This document shows positions 1 through 12,319 of a stretch of 64,000 bases of DNA, in pieces. Under the pieces are notes generated by a model. The model worked only from the letters and a program-made list of their open reading frames with translations, searched no databases and was not told the origin of the DNA. The translations under genes and the position numbers were made by a program. How positions within the stretch are numbered: position 1 is the first letter of the stretch; each line of letters starts with the position of its first letter. Source of the stretch: Vicugna vicugna (lineage: Eukaryota); NCBI GenBank assembly GCA_013265495.1, contig MU063048.1, forward strand, positions 4,841,302 to 4,905,301, read 5' to 3'.

Positions 1-852
1 CAATCTGCAAACAGCACAGCTGCAATGAAGATGGAGAATTCCTGGAAGCCCCGGTGGAAAGGAACATCGCCGTCAGTTTTAAACTCTGTCTTCGAGCCGC
101 CGCTTCCCAGGGGCTCCACGGCAGGACGGTCGTGTGTCCGAGCTCCGGCCCCTCGGGCCTTCCTCCTGCAGACTGTCCGTGGATGGGCTGGGCGAAAAAG
201 TAACCCCTGTGGACGGTGTGGCCGCACCGACCGCCTCTCTCTGGGTTTCTGTTCCTGCTCCCGCGGGAAGGCTGGAGGCAGCGAGGCTCCCAGGCCCCCT
301 CCTCCTCTGCCGAGGTGTTCGTTGTAGCTTGTTCAGAAAGACTCATGTGACGTGGACGGTGGGGCGGCACTCCCTGGGGCCAGGCCGTCCGGTGCATTTG
401 CCTAGTGAGCAGGGCAGGAGGGCTAAGCCAGGACGTGGAAGCCTGAGGCCCCGGTGCTGGAAGACAGCCCCCTCGAGCCCTGTGCTGGGGTCCAGGCCAC
501 GGTATTGGGGAGCAGCATGTGTTTCAAGGCTGCTCTCGGCGGCGGTGACGCTGGAGTGAAGAGGGCCATTGCTTCCCGGTGGATGTGTTGCCCCAGGAGA
601 GTCGTGAGACCAACTGGGTGTCCCGTGTGGCCCCATGGTGCACATGGGCCCCGGCTCCTCCATGGCCGAGTCAGCGTCGGCTGCGTCCACCTCCCCGCAG
701 CCAGCTGGTCCCCATTCCTGTCCTTATTCTGTTTGTCATCCTTGTCCTCGGCCTCCCCACACTTCTGTCTTCTTGTTATTGGACTTGGTTTGACTCACCT
801 TTCGGTCTAGTAATTGGTCTGTGTTGGCCTGCCCCGTGGACGGACGGTGAAG

Positions 853-1090
853 GAGGGCTGCTGTGCACTGTTGTGCAGGTTGTCCACTGCACAACACTAG
901 GGGCGCCGTACCCCTCCCAGTCTCATATCTGTGTTTGTAAATATACACATACATAATATTTGTACATTTATCAGTACCACATCCTGGTTGCTGGCAAAAA
1001 AAAGGCTGTAAGAAAGAGGTACCTGTGCTAATTTGCACAAACTTCCCATCAGGCTAGGGATGGTGCTGATTGTAACCACCTGGGGCACTG
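853..1090 (+). mobile_element. hAT-Tip100 family DNA transposon remnant (MER91/Zaphod-like)
   Basis: Begins AGGGCTGC...GTTGTGCAGGTTGTCCACTGCACAAC...GGGCGCC, the hairpin-forming 5' end typical of MER91-type elements. The 3' boundary is uncertain. Confidence 0.55.
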
Positions 1091-4000
1091 ACACTGTCTT
1101 CTTTTTAGGGAACAGCCTTTACCTTTCCGGGCAGCTTTAGGTCTACGGAACACTTGCACAGGGAGCACAGAGTTCCCATGTGCGGCCCCCACCCCGTCCC
1201 CCTGGGAACCGTGTCTCTGCAAGCATCAAGCCCGCCCAGGACCTGGGAGGGCTCCAGTAACGTCGTCTTAGGAACTTGACTTGAAGTACTTGGCTGATAC
1301 TCTGAGGAATGGCCAAATTTCCCAGAACCCTGCAGGGAGCCTCACCCAGCAAGGATGCCAGTCCCAGTGAGGCAGCAGTGAGCGCAGTGGACAGGACCAG
1401 AGGGCCCTTGCCCGAGGCCTTGCCCCAGGGCGCCAGGGGCCACCAAGGCCACACCTGTCGTACAGACGGGGCCCTGGGCTCACAGCCCCAGACCCGAGCT
1501 GCCGCCTGCCGCCGAGGCCCTCACAGAACCCCTCCCTGCGCCGCAGTCTCCACGTCCAGAAAAGTGGGTGGACGTCCGGGGCGGTGCCTGAGCTCCAGCT
1601 CAAGTTCGTATTTGAAAGCCAAAGGGACACGTGTGCTTCTGGTCACATGTGACCAGAAGGGTCACAGGGGGGTGTGGTGCAAGCACACCCGTGCCCTCAG
1701 AAGATTACTGTCTCAGGACGGGAGCAGATGGTTCCAGCCGCGGTTCCTTCAGCCGCGAAGGCACGCGGCCGTGCTACCCGCCACGCGCAGGACCCTTGTG
1801 GGCCGGGGCTTTTGGCTAGAGAGAGCCAGCCGGCTTTGCTTCTCAGCGACTCGTGCACTTCACTTCTTTCCTGTGGCTTAGTCCATCAACAGAGGACTTG
1901 GTGTGACCCCTTCCCTGTGATTTGCAGATAACATCTCTCCACTAAATGTAGAATGCTGCCTTTGTCAGTGGGTTTTACAGGCAAGCCCTGTCTTGTGTGG
2001 AAACTAAACAAGAAATAGGAATTACTAACAAGAACGTAACAGTGGTGTGGGTACGCAGCTGAATCGAAGGTGTCTACACTTGGAGAATAACATCACTGGA
2101 ATGAAGACACAGAGAACAAGTTACATCCGCAGCAGCACCCCGCCTGGTCCCAGACGCACACCTTCTGAAACAGCGCCTCCCCGCCACAGCCTGGGCACCT
2201 TGCTTCAGCCACTTGGTGGAAACATGGTCTCCAGAGACAGCAAAGCGTGACCCCTCCTGGTGCTGCAGGGCTCAGCTTGCACCTGGAGAATCTGCTTGAC
2301 TGCAGCGACCCAGGAACAGAACGTGGCACCGAGGACAGAGCCCAGCTTGTCCACTCCGTCCGCACAACCGCTCGAAGGTGTGAGGCCTGTCTTGGGGTCG
2401 AGGACTGGGGTCTGAGACTGTCGGTCCCTCAGAAAGCCAGGCTGCTCCCCTGGGCGCTCGCTGCCACGCGCCTTCCTGGCCTGGGTGACGTGCGGGAGGC
2501 GGGAAAGTCTCGGAACCTGGAAGCCTGCCGCTGACCAGGGAGATGGGGCCTGGACCGTGTCCCCTGAACTTTCTCCTCACCTGCTCCGATCTCCCCGCCC
2601 GCTCAGCTTGCACTGCCAGATCGGGGAGGAGGGGCTCGTCCGGACAGGAGGGCTGTCCTGAGGAGAAGGGCTGTGACCTGCTCTGTTGAGCGGAGGGCCT
2701 CCCCTCTGAGGTCGCCGGGGACCATCCCTCCTGCTGGCTGACCCTCCCCGGGGCCCTGCAGGTGGAGGTCAGCCTCTTGGGGGGCTGGGCCTGGCTCCTG
2801 TGGGCCCTTCTCTCAGGGTGGCCCGTGCCCAGGGCCCTGCAGCCACCAACTCATCCTGGCGACCCCCCCACCACAAGGGACCGCAGTGACAGGCAAGAGG
2901 AAGCCCAATAGGAAAGAAATCTGGACGCGCTCTGGGCCGAGCCCTCCCCAGACCAAGTGGCTCCCTTGCTCCCACCCGCACCGCCTCTCTTGGTTCGTTG
3001 AGGCCGATGGCCATGGCCAGGCAGGCCCTGGGAGCGCACAGCAGTGCAGGGTGGCTGTTCCTCTGTGCCCCAGCCCAGGGAGGGCTCCAGGCAACACTGG
3101 ATTACTGAGAGGGGTTCGTGGCGCATCTCGGTGGCCCAGAGAAGGAGAACGGGGACTGGAGTGAGAGGCCCACAGGACACAGTACAGGGAGGCCACTGTC
3201 CGGGTCGGCAAGAGCTGCCTAAGGTCTGGGAGCAGCGAGAGAGCCCTGGATTGTCCCCGCCTCCATGCTCGCTCAAGAGACACCCTGGTTGCTTTCTGTC
3301 TGCAGGCCTGGAGGAGGCTGGAGGGGCCGCAGTGCTGTGGGGTGAAGGCTTCCCCCAAGGCCAGGTTCCAGCTATGGACACTGAGTGCAGAGCCAGCGGA
3401 TGGCGGGCAGCACACGGCTGTGTGGTATTTCCACAGCACAGACACCATTACACAGTCCCCAGAGCAGAGAAAATGGTAACGTGTAACCACATAATTTGGA
3501 AGGAATGAATATTTTGAGGATTTGCTATTTTTCTTTTTTATATAATTGATCATGTACTTATAGTATTAAATTTTCAATAATATTTAATGACCACTGGAGC
3601 CAGTGCACCATGGCCCGAGCTGCATCCTCCTGTGCCCGGACACCCACCCCAAAGGGCAGAGCCCGGCTGCCCACCATGGCAGAGGGCACCGAGGCTTCTG
3701 ACGCACATGGCCATCCTTTCCCCTCTGCAAAGAGGCAGCAGTGACACCAGGACAGGGGCCAAAATGCACCTGAGAAAGCAGATCTTAGAGTTTCTTGGTT
3801 TCTGTTTAGCCTGACACATGGCCAGAGCGTCTGCCTGCAGCTTCCTCGGCCCTGGTCTGTGTCCAGCTCTGCCCAGGCTGTCAGCCTGGTGACCCCAGCA
3901 CTGCCCTGCCAGCAGCCTCTAGGGTCTGGGCTGCCCCGGCTCTGTCCCTCTCTACAGGCCCCGTGGCCCCCTTGGGCTCTCCCCACAGGGGCTGCAGCCC

Positions 4001-4924
4001 CCTCTCTGCGGCCCCTCAGAGGTGAGGGTGGTCAACACCAGCCCCAGCCCCACAGGAAGCCTCCACTTGAGAGAGCCTGCAGAACCCTGATCCGAGGGGA
4101 CAGCTGACACGCTGGAGGAGACCAGGAGCAGCAGAGGCAGGAGGGGAAACGCAGAATCCTGAAGGGGGGCACGCTCGTCAGTCAGCTGCGGGGCAGGGGG
4201 CAGCTCCACCCCGGCCTCCCCACACCCCTGCAGCGAGGGCTCACGCAGTGCCAGGGGTGAGAGCCCCAGGGCCCAGGCTGCCCCAAGGACTGGGTTGTGG
4301 GATGAGCAAAGGTCCGCTTTTCCCCTGACCCGAGGTTTTGCTTTTGCTGCTGGTGTTGCTTTCGAGTTGCAAAGCAGTTAATCATCACCCTGGACTGAAG
4401 GGACTTTCTCTGGGCTTACGGGGAACAGGCAGGCGGGCTCCTGGCACTCGCCCTGGGCTGCAGCAAGAAGAGCTGGGGGAGCCTTCCAGCCTGGGCCCCG
4501 AGTCCCCCGGAGGGGTCAGCAGCCCATGGTCACGCGGGTGGGCGCCCTCGGGGGAGGCACTCTGGCTGGAGCCTCGCAGGGTCTTAACCACAGCCCCAGC
4601 CGCCACGTCTCCCCAAGTCCGTCAACGGGAGACGCCAGAAGTTCCGCAGGGCTCACTGGGCAGCCTCGCGGGAGGACGGGTTTGCTTTCAAATATAGTTT
4701 GAGAAGTCACATTTTAAATAGAAGCTCACAAATTGAATAAATAGTATTTGTTATCATAAATGTTAATTAGGTAATATTCACATAATCATAAACAAAATTG
4801 TGAAGGCAGAGTATATGTGACTAAAATGTAGGAAACACTGAAATAAGACACCTTCCCTACCCTCAAAGAGGCTCGTAATAAAAACCAAGCTTTTACAAGT
4901 AATTTCCACAGCACTAACTCTCGC

Positions 4925-5005
4925 AGCATTTACCCACTAATGCTGGCAACAACCCTGTGACGGTCGAGCCCCCTTCACAGAAGGAACTAAGAGTCAGAGT
5001 GTTTT
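4925..5005 (-). mobile_element. MIR fragment
   Basis: AACAACCCTGTGA...CCCTTCACAGAAGGAACTAAGAGTCAGAG resembles the reverse MIR core. Confidence 0.45.
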
Positions 5006-5409
5006 ACAGAGGAAGCGGGGGGCCCGGGGCAGGACGGGCTGGGGGCGGTCCCTTCCCGGGGACTCGCTGGCCATGCAGCCCCGCAAGGTGCCCACTCCAG
5101 GCGCTCAGCCCCCAACGACGAGGTAAGACAGGACCCACCTGTGCCCTGGGATCACGTCGAGGGCGGAGGAGCTGATGGTGTGGAAGCTCTCGGTGCCCAT
5201 GACGCAGAAATGTAATGAGAGCCCGGGAGCAGGTTTCTTCTGCCTTTCTGGACATCTCTGCTTCCAGTCTCTTCCCACCCACGTGGGGGCTCCTGTGTAG
5301 TTGTGGGCTTCTCCTGGCGAAAAAGTTGAAACGTCTCAGGAAGTCTGGGCTGGGTGCGTATCTCTGACCCCGGCCCCTGGGCTACCGCTCGGAATCAGAG
5401 CGATCTGGG

Positions 5410-5500
5410 CTAGAGTCCCGGCTCTGCCTCTTAGCAGCTGTTCAACACGAGGCAGGAACTTCAGCTTCTCCACCTGAAAAAAGGGGGACAAGAACACTTC
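5410..5500 (+). mobile_element. MIR fragment
   Basis: GTCCCGGCTCTGCCTCTTAGCAGCTG...CTTCTCCACCTGAAAAAAGGGG resembles the MIR core. Confidence 0.5.
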
Positions 5501-5687
5501 CGTCCTGGAGGCAGGACTGGCCCCGCCACCCACAGCGCCTGCGCCGTCCTCACAGCCCCCTCACCAGCCCACGGGCCCCGTGGGGCGTCCCTGGAAGCCA
5601 GACGAGGGCCAGGAGCGCAGTGGGTCTTCAGGAGGCGTCAGCTGGAGGGACAGAGTCTTCAAAAACTGTTCTTCAGAAAGTCACAAG

Positions 5688-6345
5688 TGTCAGTGAGGAC
5701 GTGGGGACACTGGAACACTTGTAAACTGTTGGTGGGAATGAAAAATGGTGCTTCGGCTGTGGAAAACAGTACGGAAGTTCCTCAAAAATTAAACACAGAA
5801 TTGCCATATGATCTAGCAATTCCATGTATACTCCAAAGAATTAGAAGCAGGGTCTCGAACAGATATTTGCACCCCCACATTCATAGCAGGAACACTCACA
5901 ACAGCCGAAAGGTGAAGGCAGCCCAGAAGGATGCCCACCCAGAAGAATGAGTGGGCATCGGCGGGCAGTCCCTCCACACACAGAGCCACGCTGAGCCCCA
6001 GGAAGGAAGGCCCTCCTGAGACTGGCTGCGACAGGACGGCCTTGCCGACATCGTGTTCAGTGAGCTAAACCAGTCACAGAGAGCAAATACTGAATGTCTC
6101 TCCTTCCGTGAGGTCCCCAGAGGAGCCTGATTCATCAACAGAAAGTAGATGGTGGTTTCCAGGGGCTGGGGGGGAGGGATGTTAGTGTCAAAGAGGACAG
6201 AGTTTCAGTTTGAGAGATGAAGAGCTCTGGGCAGGAACCGAGGTGACGGCTCACAGCACTAGGTGAACGTACTTAATGCCACTGAGCTGTGCACTTAAAG
6301 ACAGTACATTTTACTTCTGTGTATTTTACCACAATTAAAAATATA
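5688..6345 (+). mobile_element. Old L1 (L1MB-like): ORF2 C-terminus and 3'UTR
   Basis: Translates to NGASAVENSTEVPQKLNTELPYDLAIP (L1 ORF2 C-terminal motif). 3'UTR motifs include GAAAGTAGATGGTGGTTTCCAGGGGCTGGG and CTTAATGCCACTGAGCTGTGCACTTAAA. Confidence 0.85.
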
Positions 6346-6484
6346 CATCAGTGATCTTTTCCTTTCTGTTTCCAAGCAACCCTACCTTTTGGGTTCACAG
6401 GAATGGTAAATAGTGGGGCCAAAGGCGAAGAGTGAGCCAAGAGGAGGAAAGAGGGTTAGGGTTGGGGGGGGAGGAGGGAAGGGA

Positions 6485-6653
6485 NNNNNNNNNNNNNNNN
6501 NNNNNNNNNNNNNNNNNNNNNNNNNNNNNNNNNNNNNNNNNNNNNNNNNNNNNNNNNNNNNNNNNNNNNNNNNNNNNNNNNNNNNNNNNNNNNNNNNNNN
6601 NNNNNNNNNNNNNNNNNNNNNNNNNNNNNNNNNNNNNNNNNNNNNNNNNNNNN
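6485..6653. other. Assembly gap (169 N) flanked by G/A-rich runs
   Basis: N run between GGGGGGGGAGGAGGGAAGGGA and TGGGGGAGGGGGAGGGAGAGGGAGGG. Confidence 0.99.
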
Positions 6654-6864
6654 TGGGGGAGGGGGAGGGAGGGAGGGCCAGAGAAACTAGCACTGAGGCC
6701 CCTGGCTTCCAGGCAGGAAGGGTTACTCTGCACTGTGTCACCGGGAAACAGGGCCACTGGGGAGCCCAAGCAGCAACATAAGAAAGAGAAAGCATACGTA
6801 CACAGAAGAGGACGCATCAACGTAGAAGGGTTGCCTCTGTGCTTTTTTCCCTTCTGGTAACTAA

Positions 6865-7160
6865 ATATATGGTCATTGGAGAAACTTTGGAAAATACAGA
6901 AAAGCACCCATAAAAATTAAAAATCCCCGTTACTCCAACACTCAGGGATACAACTGATACTTTGGACTATTCTTTTAAAAATTTTTATGCACGGAGTCCA
7001 TAAAAGTTTTCAACCTTTATCAACGTTGTTCTGAAACTTTGCTTTTTACCTAACAACATAAGAGAATGTCTCCCCATCAAGAAATGCTCATCCCTGCACA
7101 CGTCTGGAGTGGCACCCGGTGTCCCATTCTGCGGGTGGGTGTCCCGTTTGTTTCAGTTCA
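6865..7160 (-). mobile_element. L1ME-type 3' end fragment
   Basis: GGTCATTGGAGAAACTTTGGAAAATACAGAAAAG...AAAATCCCCGTTACTCCAACACTCAGGGATA resembles the reverse L1ME 3' terminus. Confidence 0.55.
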
Positions 7161-9584
7161 CATCCCACTGGACACTGCCGGACGCCACAGACCCTTCTGA
7201 GTCCCGAGTGCGGTGCCTGAGGGGCTGGGGGCTGCGGCTGGACAGGTCCACGGGGACCCAGCTCCTGTCTTCAAGGGTCCATATTAGGGAAGAAAGTCGA
7301 TCAACCAGCAACTGCAGTCGAGAACGGCCCGTGGCGTGCTGCAGACACGGCGGATGCCAAACCAAGTGCCGGGCTGTCGCCTTCTGGCAGTAGTTCCTGT
7401 TTTCTTGAACAGCGTAATTTTCATTTTAGCTCTTACTCCACTAGGATAATGGAAATTCAGTCTCAATTCACTGTGATGGCTCCCCTCTCCTTGAGGTGTT
7501 AGTAAATTTGGCGCTGCTTCCGTGGTGCCAGGCAGTGGGGGGTGGTCCCGAGGGGTGTCCACTCACACCCTGAACACGCACCTGCACAGGCACACGGAGC
7601 CCTCCCTCTGCAGCCCCTGCCCTCCCCACCAGCGGTAACCGTTCCTCCAGCAAGCTGCACTCGGGCTCGCTCCCCGCTTCTCTTACTGGGAGGCCAGGGC
7701 AGTGCTCCCTTCTCAGGGAGCCGCTGACAGCCGTGCACACATGTCTCCTTCTGGCGTCCTTCCTCAGCTCTGAGCATTTTCTCTGGTCAGAGTGGGAGTC
7801 CAGAAAGGGTGAAAGGGTTGTTCTTCCTTAAACCCCCAGCTTCCTTATGTCCTCTTTCTTCTCCCCAGGAACCAGTGTCTTTGGGTTACAAGAGCCACGT
7901 CATCTTCTGTCTGCCCTGGGAGTGAGCAGGCGGGTGCACCCAGTGGGGACATTTTTTCAATATTTCAACAACAGTATCCTTCACCGAGCCAGAAGGGTGT
8001 GACTAGGGACGCCTCCAGGAGGGTGAAGAAATGCCTCCAGAAAGAGACCGGTCAGACCTGCGGCCTGGGGGAGAGAAGGGTGCCCAGTGGCCGGGGCAGC
8101 AGGGGCCAGCTTCCAGGAGAGAGGAGATTCCTGTGGGCAGCACTTCAGCAGGACTGACAGGTGAGAAATGAAGGCAGAGGTGTCCGACGACCCGCCGATC
8201 TCCCTCCAGGTAGAGATCTCCGTGGAGACCTGACCCAGACGGAGAGGAAATGGGGGCAGAGATGTCTTGTTTGCTCGGATGATGCTCTGTGAAGCCGCCA
8301 TCCTGCCTGTGCCTGTGGGGACAGGGAGGAACTGCAAATCGTAAATTCTAAAGAGAAGCAGCAGCTTCCAAGTGTCATAAAACGTCCGCAGATTCCAAAC
8401 TCTTGCCATTTGCTCGAGGGTTGGGATCAAAATGGACTTCACAATGATCGTGCCAGACACCTGCTGAGAGCCCCCAGGCCCCTGCCTTCCAGAGGGCCTC
8501 CGAGGACAGCCACGGGCCACACGCCGTCCTGCTGGGGGACGGGGTGCCTGTAGCAGCCCAGAATTCGCAACTCCCCACCGCTTCGGAAGGTGTCCGGCCA
8601 CCTGCCTGGGCTGATTTAGGTGTGACCCCGGGCACTTCTCGCCAGGGAGGTGCTGTCGGGCAGGGTCAGCTTTTCTGGCCCGGCAAGCTTGTCCACACAC
8701 TCCACGTGGAAGGGTTTACTTGTCAAGGAAACTGAATCCCATACAGCCAAACAAGCCCTGTGTGTAAAGAAAGGTTTACAAACGTGTGGCCTTGAGAACA
8801 AGCTGAGAGCGCAGAGTCCCTTTGAAACCCTCCTTCAGATGTGACGAGCTGATAAATCGCTTGAGAAGAGCTTGCTGTGAATACTGACTCGCGTCCATGC
8901 ACTCTTGCTGAGCAGAGAGAGCCCCCAGATCAGTATAGATCATTTCTTCCCCTTATTTCTATCTGGCTACCACCTAGTAAATTCAAAATTATTCAAATCT
9001 AATACTCTGGGGCTCCACATGCAAAGTAAACACATTTCTGACAGCTCCACACTGTCTTCAGCTGCAAGGATGTTAACCCCACAGGCTGCAGCCCTGCCCC
9101 CATGTTCCTGCTGGACCAGCAGGCCGGCAGCCGCCAGAGCTGGTGGGGGCGGGGTGTGCCCTCGTGTGGCCTCGGGGAGTCCGTCTCATCTGTGCTCTCT
9201 CCACACACACTTTCATGTAACTTTTCACATTCAGGATGCTACCGAACCTACAACTCCTCCCTTTAGCAACAGCAACAAAACAGAAAGAAACATTGACAGC
9301 GACGTGCCTGGCTTTGCGAGACCTTGTAAAACGCAGCTGGAGGGGAGAGGGCTGTTGTGCCCTCAGACGGTGCCCAAGGGCGGGAGGGGCGCTCTGTGCT
9401 GGGACGCGTTTGGCAGGCTTTTTAGAACCAGCCGAACACTCTGAGATCTGATTTTAGGGGTGGGCACAGCAACCAGGAAGGAAGCAGGCTGTCGAAAGCA
9501 ACAGAAGGAGGAAGTATTTAGAAAGCTACAAGATGAGTGTTTAATAACACACAGCCCATGACAGATTGTGTTCTTAAAAAAGTC

Positions 9585-9590
9585 TTTATT
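9585..9590 (-). terminator. IRF4: Distal polyadenylation signal AATAAA of IRF4
   Basis: Plus-strand TTTATT; minus-strand context GACAAATAAAGACTTTTTAAGAACACAATCTGTC. Confidence 0.75.
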
Positions 9591-12278
9591 TGTCAAGTGC
9601 CTAAAACATCAGATCATCACCAATGTCAATCTGCTTTGAAAAGCGATTTACACCAGAATTCATGACAGCATCACGTACAGTTGTCCGAGGACGGTTGGGA
9701 CTGGCTCTTGAGACGCCCTTGCCCGGGAGGCTGGGCAGCAAGATGAACCAGCCCAGCCTTGGGGTGAAGTCCAGAGGCCACTGCGTCCTCTCCCTCTGCA
9801 CAGAGGGACGCGGGAGCCAGCCCTGCCCGCCAGGCCCCGCTCCTCTCCAAGAGTCTGAAGCAAAGTGTGAGCTTACAGTTTATTTTCTGTTCCACGCCTC
9901 CTGTGTCTTCTCCACATTGGCTGTACCCCCTCCCCCACATGGAGGGGTGGACAGCAGGGAAGCTGACAGGGGCTGCCTCCTGTGACGGCTCATCCAGAGT
10001 CAGCAGGGGTGCGGTCGCCCACGCTGCCACCGGCCAGTCTCCAGACAGGAAGGCAAGGTGCGAAATGAGCTGCATTTAGTCGGCACCAGTCAGCTACAGA
10101 CTGTCTAGGGAGACACGCCATGAGAACAGAGAGCTTAAGGGAGCTCACCACTGTCGGAAAGCATTCACCTGTGGGGAAGTGGAAAACTGGGACCAAACAG
10201 GAATGAAAGCGGGTTGAACTGCATCTGGGTTTTTCCTAAAAAAAATGACTGATGCAAATAAACAAACAAACAAAAGACCTTCACTGGTGCAGCCCACACG
10301 GGCACCAGCCGCGCCTGGAACTCTGCTCGGCCTTGAGACAAGCCCCCTCAGACCCGCACCGAGGCTCACACGCAGTGACACGAGGGAAAGCCTTGTTCAC
10401 GCCTGAGCCCGAGGCCGCGTTCTCCCTGTGGCCGGGCTCAGCTGTGCCCCTGTGACGCCCGCGCCGTCGTGGGCTCGTGCCCTGGCAGGCGGTGGAGCCT
10501 CTCCCGGGGGAGCAGTCTCTCCGGCTCAGACACAGCAAACACGACCGTCCTGCTGGTTCTCTGCCCCGCCTGCCAGCGACCGAGGGGCTCCCAGGGCTCT
10601 GGTCTCATGCGAGCTCCCTGCAGTGGTCAGAGGACACAGTCACTGCCCACAGCTCTACTAAATCCCAGGAACAAGGTTGCCTGGGGCTCACGCATCCCTC
10701 CCTGCCGTCTCCAAGCTCTTCAGAACAAGGGCCTAAGCCCACAGCCCCCTCCGCTGAGAACAGCCTAGGGTCAAGGAAGGAGGCCCTTCTCGAGGTCCTG
10801 AGACAACTGTCAGGACCCTTTGCTGGCCGGCTGCATGGTCAGTTCACTTACAGGCTCACACTCTGGGTCTCTCCGAACTGAAGGACACACGAATGTGCAC
10901 TGACCAGAGGGGCCTGGCCCAGGCCACCAGCATTCTGCAGAAAGGTGGCCCCAGAGCAAAGCAGCTTGATACTAAAAAGGGGAGAAAAAAAGAAAAGGGT
11001 CCAAATACCGACTGAGACTGAGGGTCTGCTCGGGGAGCCGGCCGAGCCACAGCGGCACCCCCGCCCATCTCCTCCCGGGGTAATATACCCCAAACACTCG
11101 CATCTATGAGATGCGCCAGTCACTGCTGCCCACGGAACACAGTCTACTGTCAGGTTCATCCTGAGTGGCTGAGGGACCCCTGCAGGGTGTCCTCGCCCCG
11201 TGGCAGGGTCCCCACTAACCCTCTGAGAAGAACGAGGTAACTCTGTACTGCTGGATTTAGGGAGCACAGAAGCCAGTGCGTCGTGAGCCCAGAGCTCTTT
11301 AATTTCCGTAAGTTTATAGAAAAGTGAAATGTATTGGGAGAATCCAATGCTGCTTGTGCACAGTTCTAGGGGGGAGGATTTGGGCTGGAAAAAAGGAAGA
11401 TTTGTTTTGTTTTTGTTCTTTTATGCTGTTTACATTTTCTGTAGTTAATCTGTATTTTATTACTAAAAACTCCTTCAAAAAAAAAAGAAATGGCATTCCA
11501 AGCTTCACTGCTCACTGAATCGGATAAAGGCTGTAATCTGTCTGTTGAACGAACGAAGAAGTGCAGACGAGGAAGAGCAGTGCGCACTGGGGAGGCGCAG
11601 GGCTCTCGCTGAACCTCCACACAGTGGCGGTTGCTTCCCGGTGGCACGGAAACACCAGCGGCTGCATCACCATCGAAACGCCTGCACTTTTCCAAATGGG
11701 ACAAGTAAGCGATCAGGTCTGTTCGAGCCCGTGGGGAGCTTGGTGGTTCTATAAAAAGATGTGTTTGAGAAAAGCCCGTAGTTCTAAGGCCCTGTCAGAC
11801 CATCAGTGGCATGAGGAAGCATGTAATGCACAAAATAAGCAGGAACGGTGCACTGAGTCTGCAGTTACGCATCTGTGAAGCCCCCCCACCCCCCGCAGGG
11901 CTCACCCTCGGACAAGCACGGCCCCGCCCTAGTGTTGTCATGGACAACTGGTCACCAAACAAAACAAGCGGGACAAGAGGGGAAATGTCGTTCAAGTTTC
12001 AAAATACATCTTTAGTACTTGCATTATTCACCTGGTTTTTTTCCCTCTTTAAGAAAACGTTTGAGCAAGAATTTCTACAGAATGAGAGACAAAATGGCAA
12101 ACAAAAAATGCCTTAACCATTCGTTACCAGGCAAATACACTACTCAGGGGCAGCCCTAATGCTCTTTGGCTCAAAAAAATAGCAATGAGTCTAGAACTGG
12201 CTTCAGGGACACCCAGGAGAGCGGGCGGGGGTCTGCGTAAGGAGGCCTGGGGCCCACCCTGGGGAGGGCCGGAGGGCA

Positions 12279-12317
<39 letters not shown>
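12279..12317. repeat. (GGC)13 trinucleotide repeat in the IRF4 3'UTR
   Basis: 13 uninterrupted GGC units counted directly; reads (GCC)13 on the mRNA strand. Confidence 0.97.

Positions 12318-12319
<2 letters not shown>

Noticed and set aside
1-9500. Search for EXOC2 3' exons or another gene downstream of IRF4
   Set aside because: No recognisable coding exon. In the syntenic human locus, EXOC2 lies much further away than this window extends.
9884-9893. EICE matches GGAACAGAAA (also 23511-23520)
   Set aside because: About two chance matches are expected per window, and neither has a strong PU.1 flank.
11427-11434. TGTTTACA miR-30 8mer in the IRF4 3'UTR region
   Set aside because: It is on the plus strand, antisense to the IRF4 mRNA.
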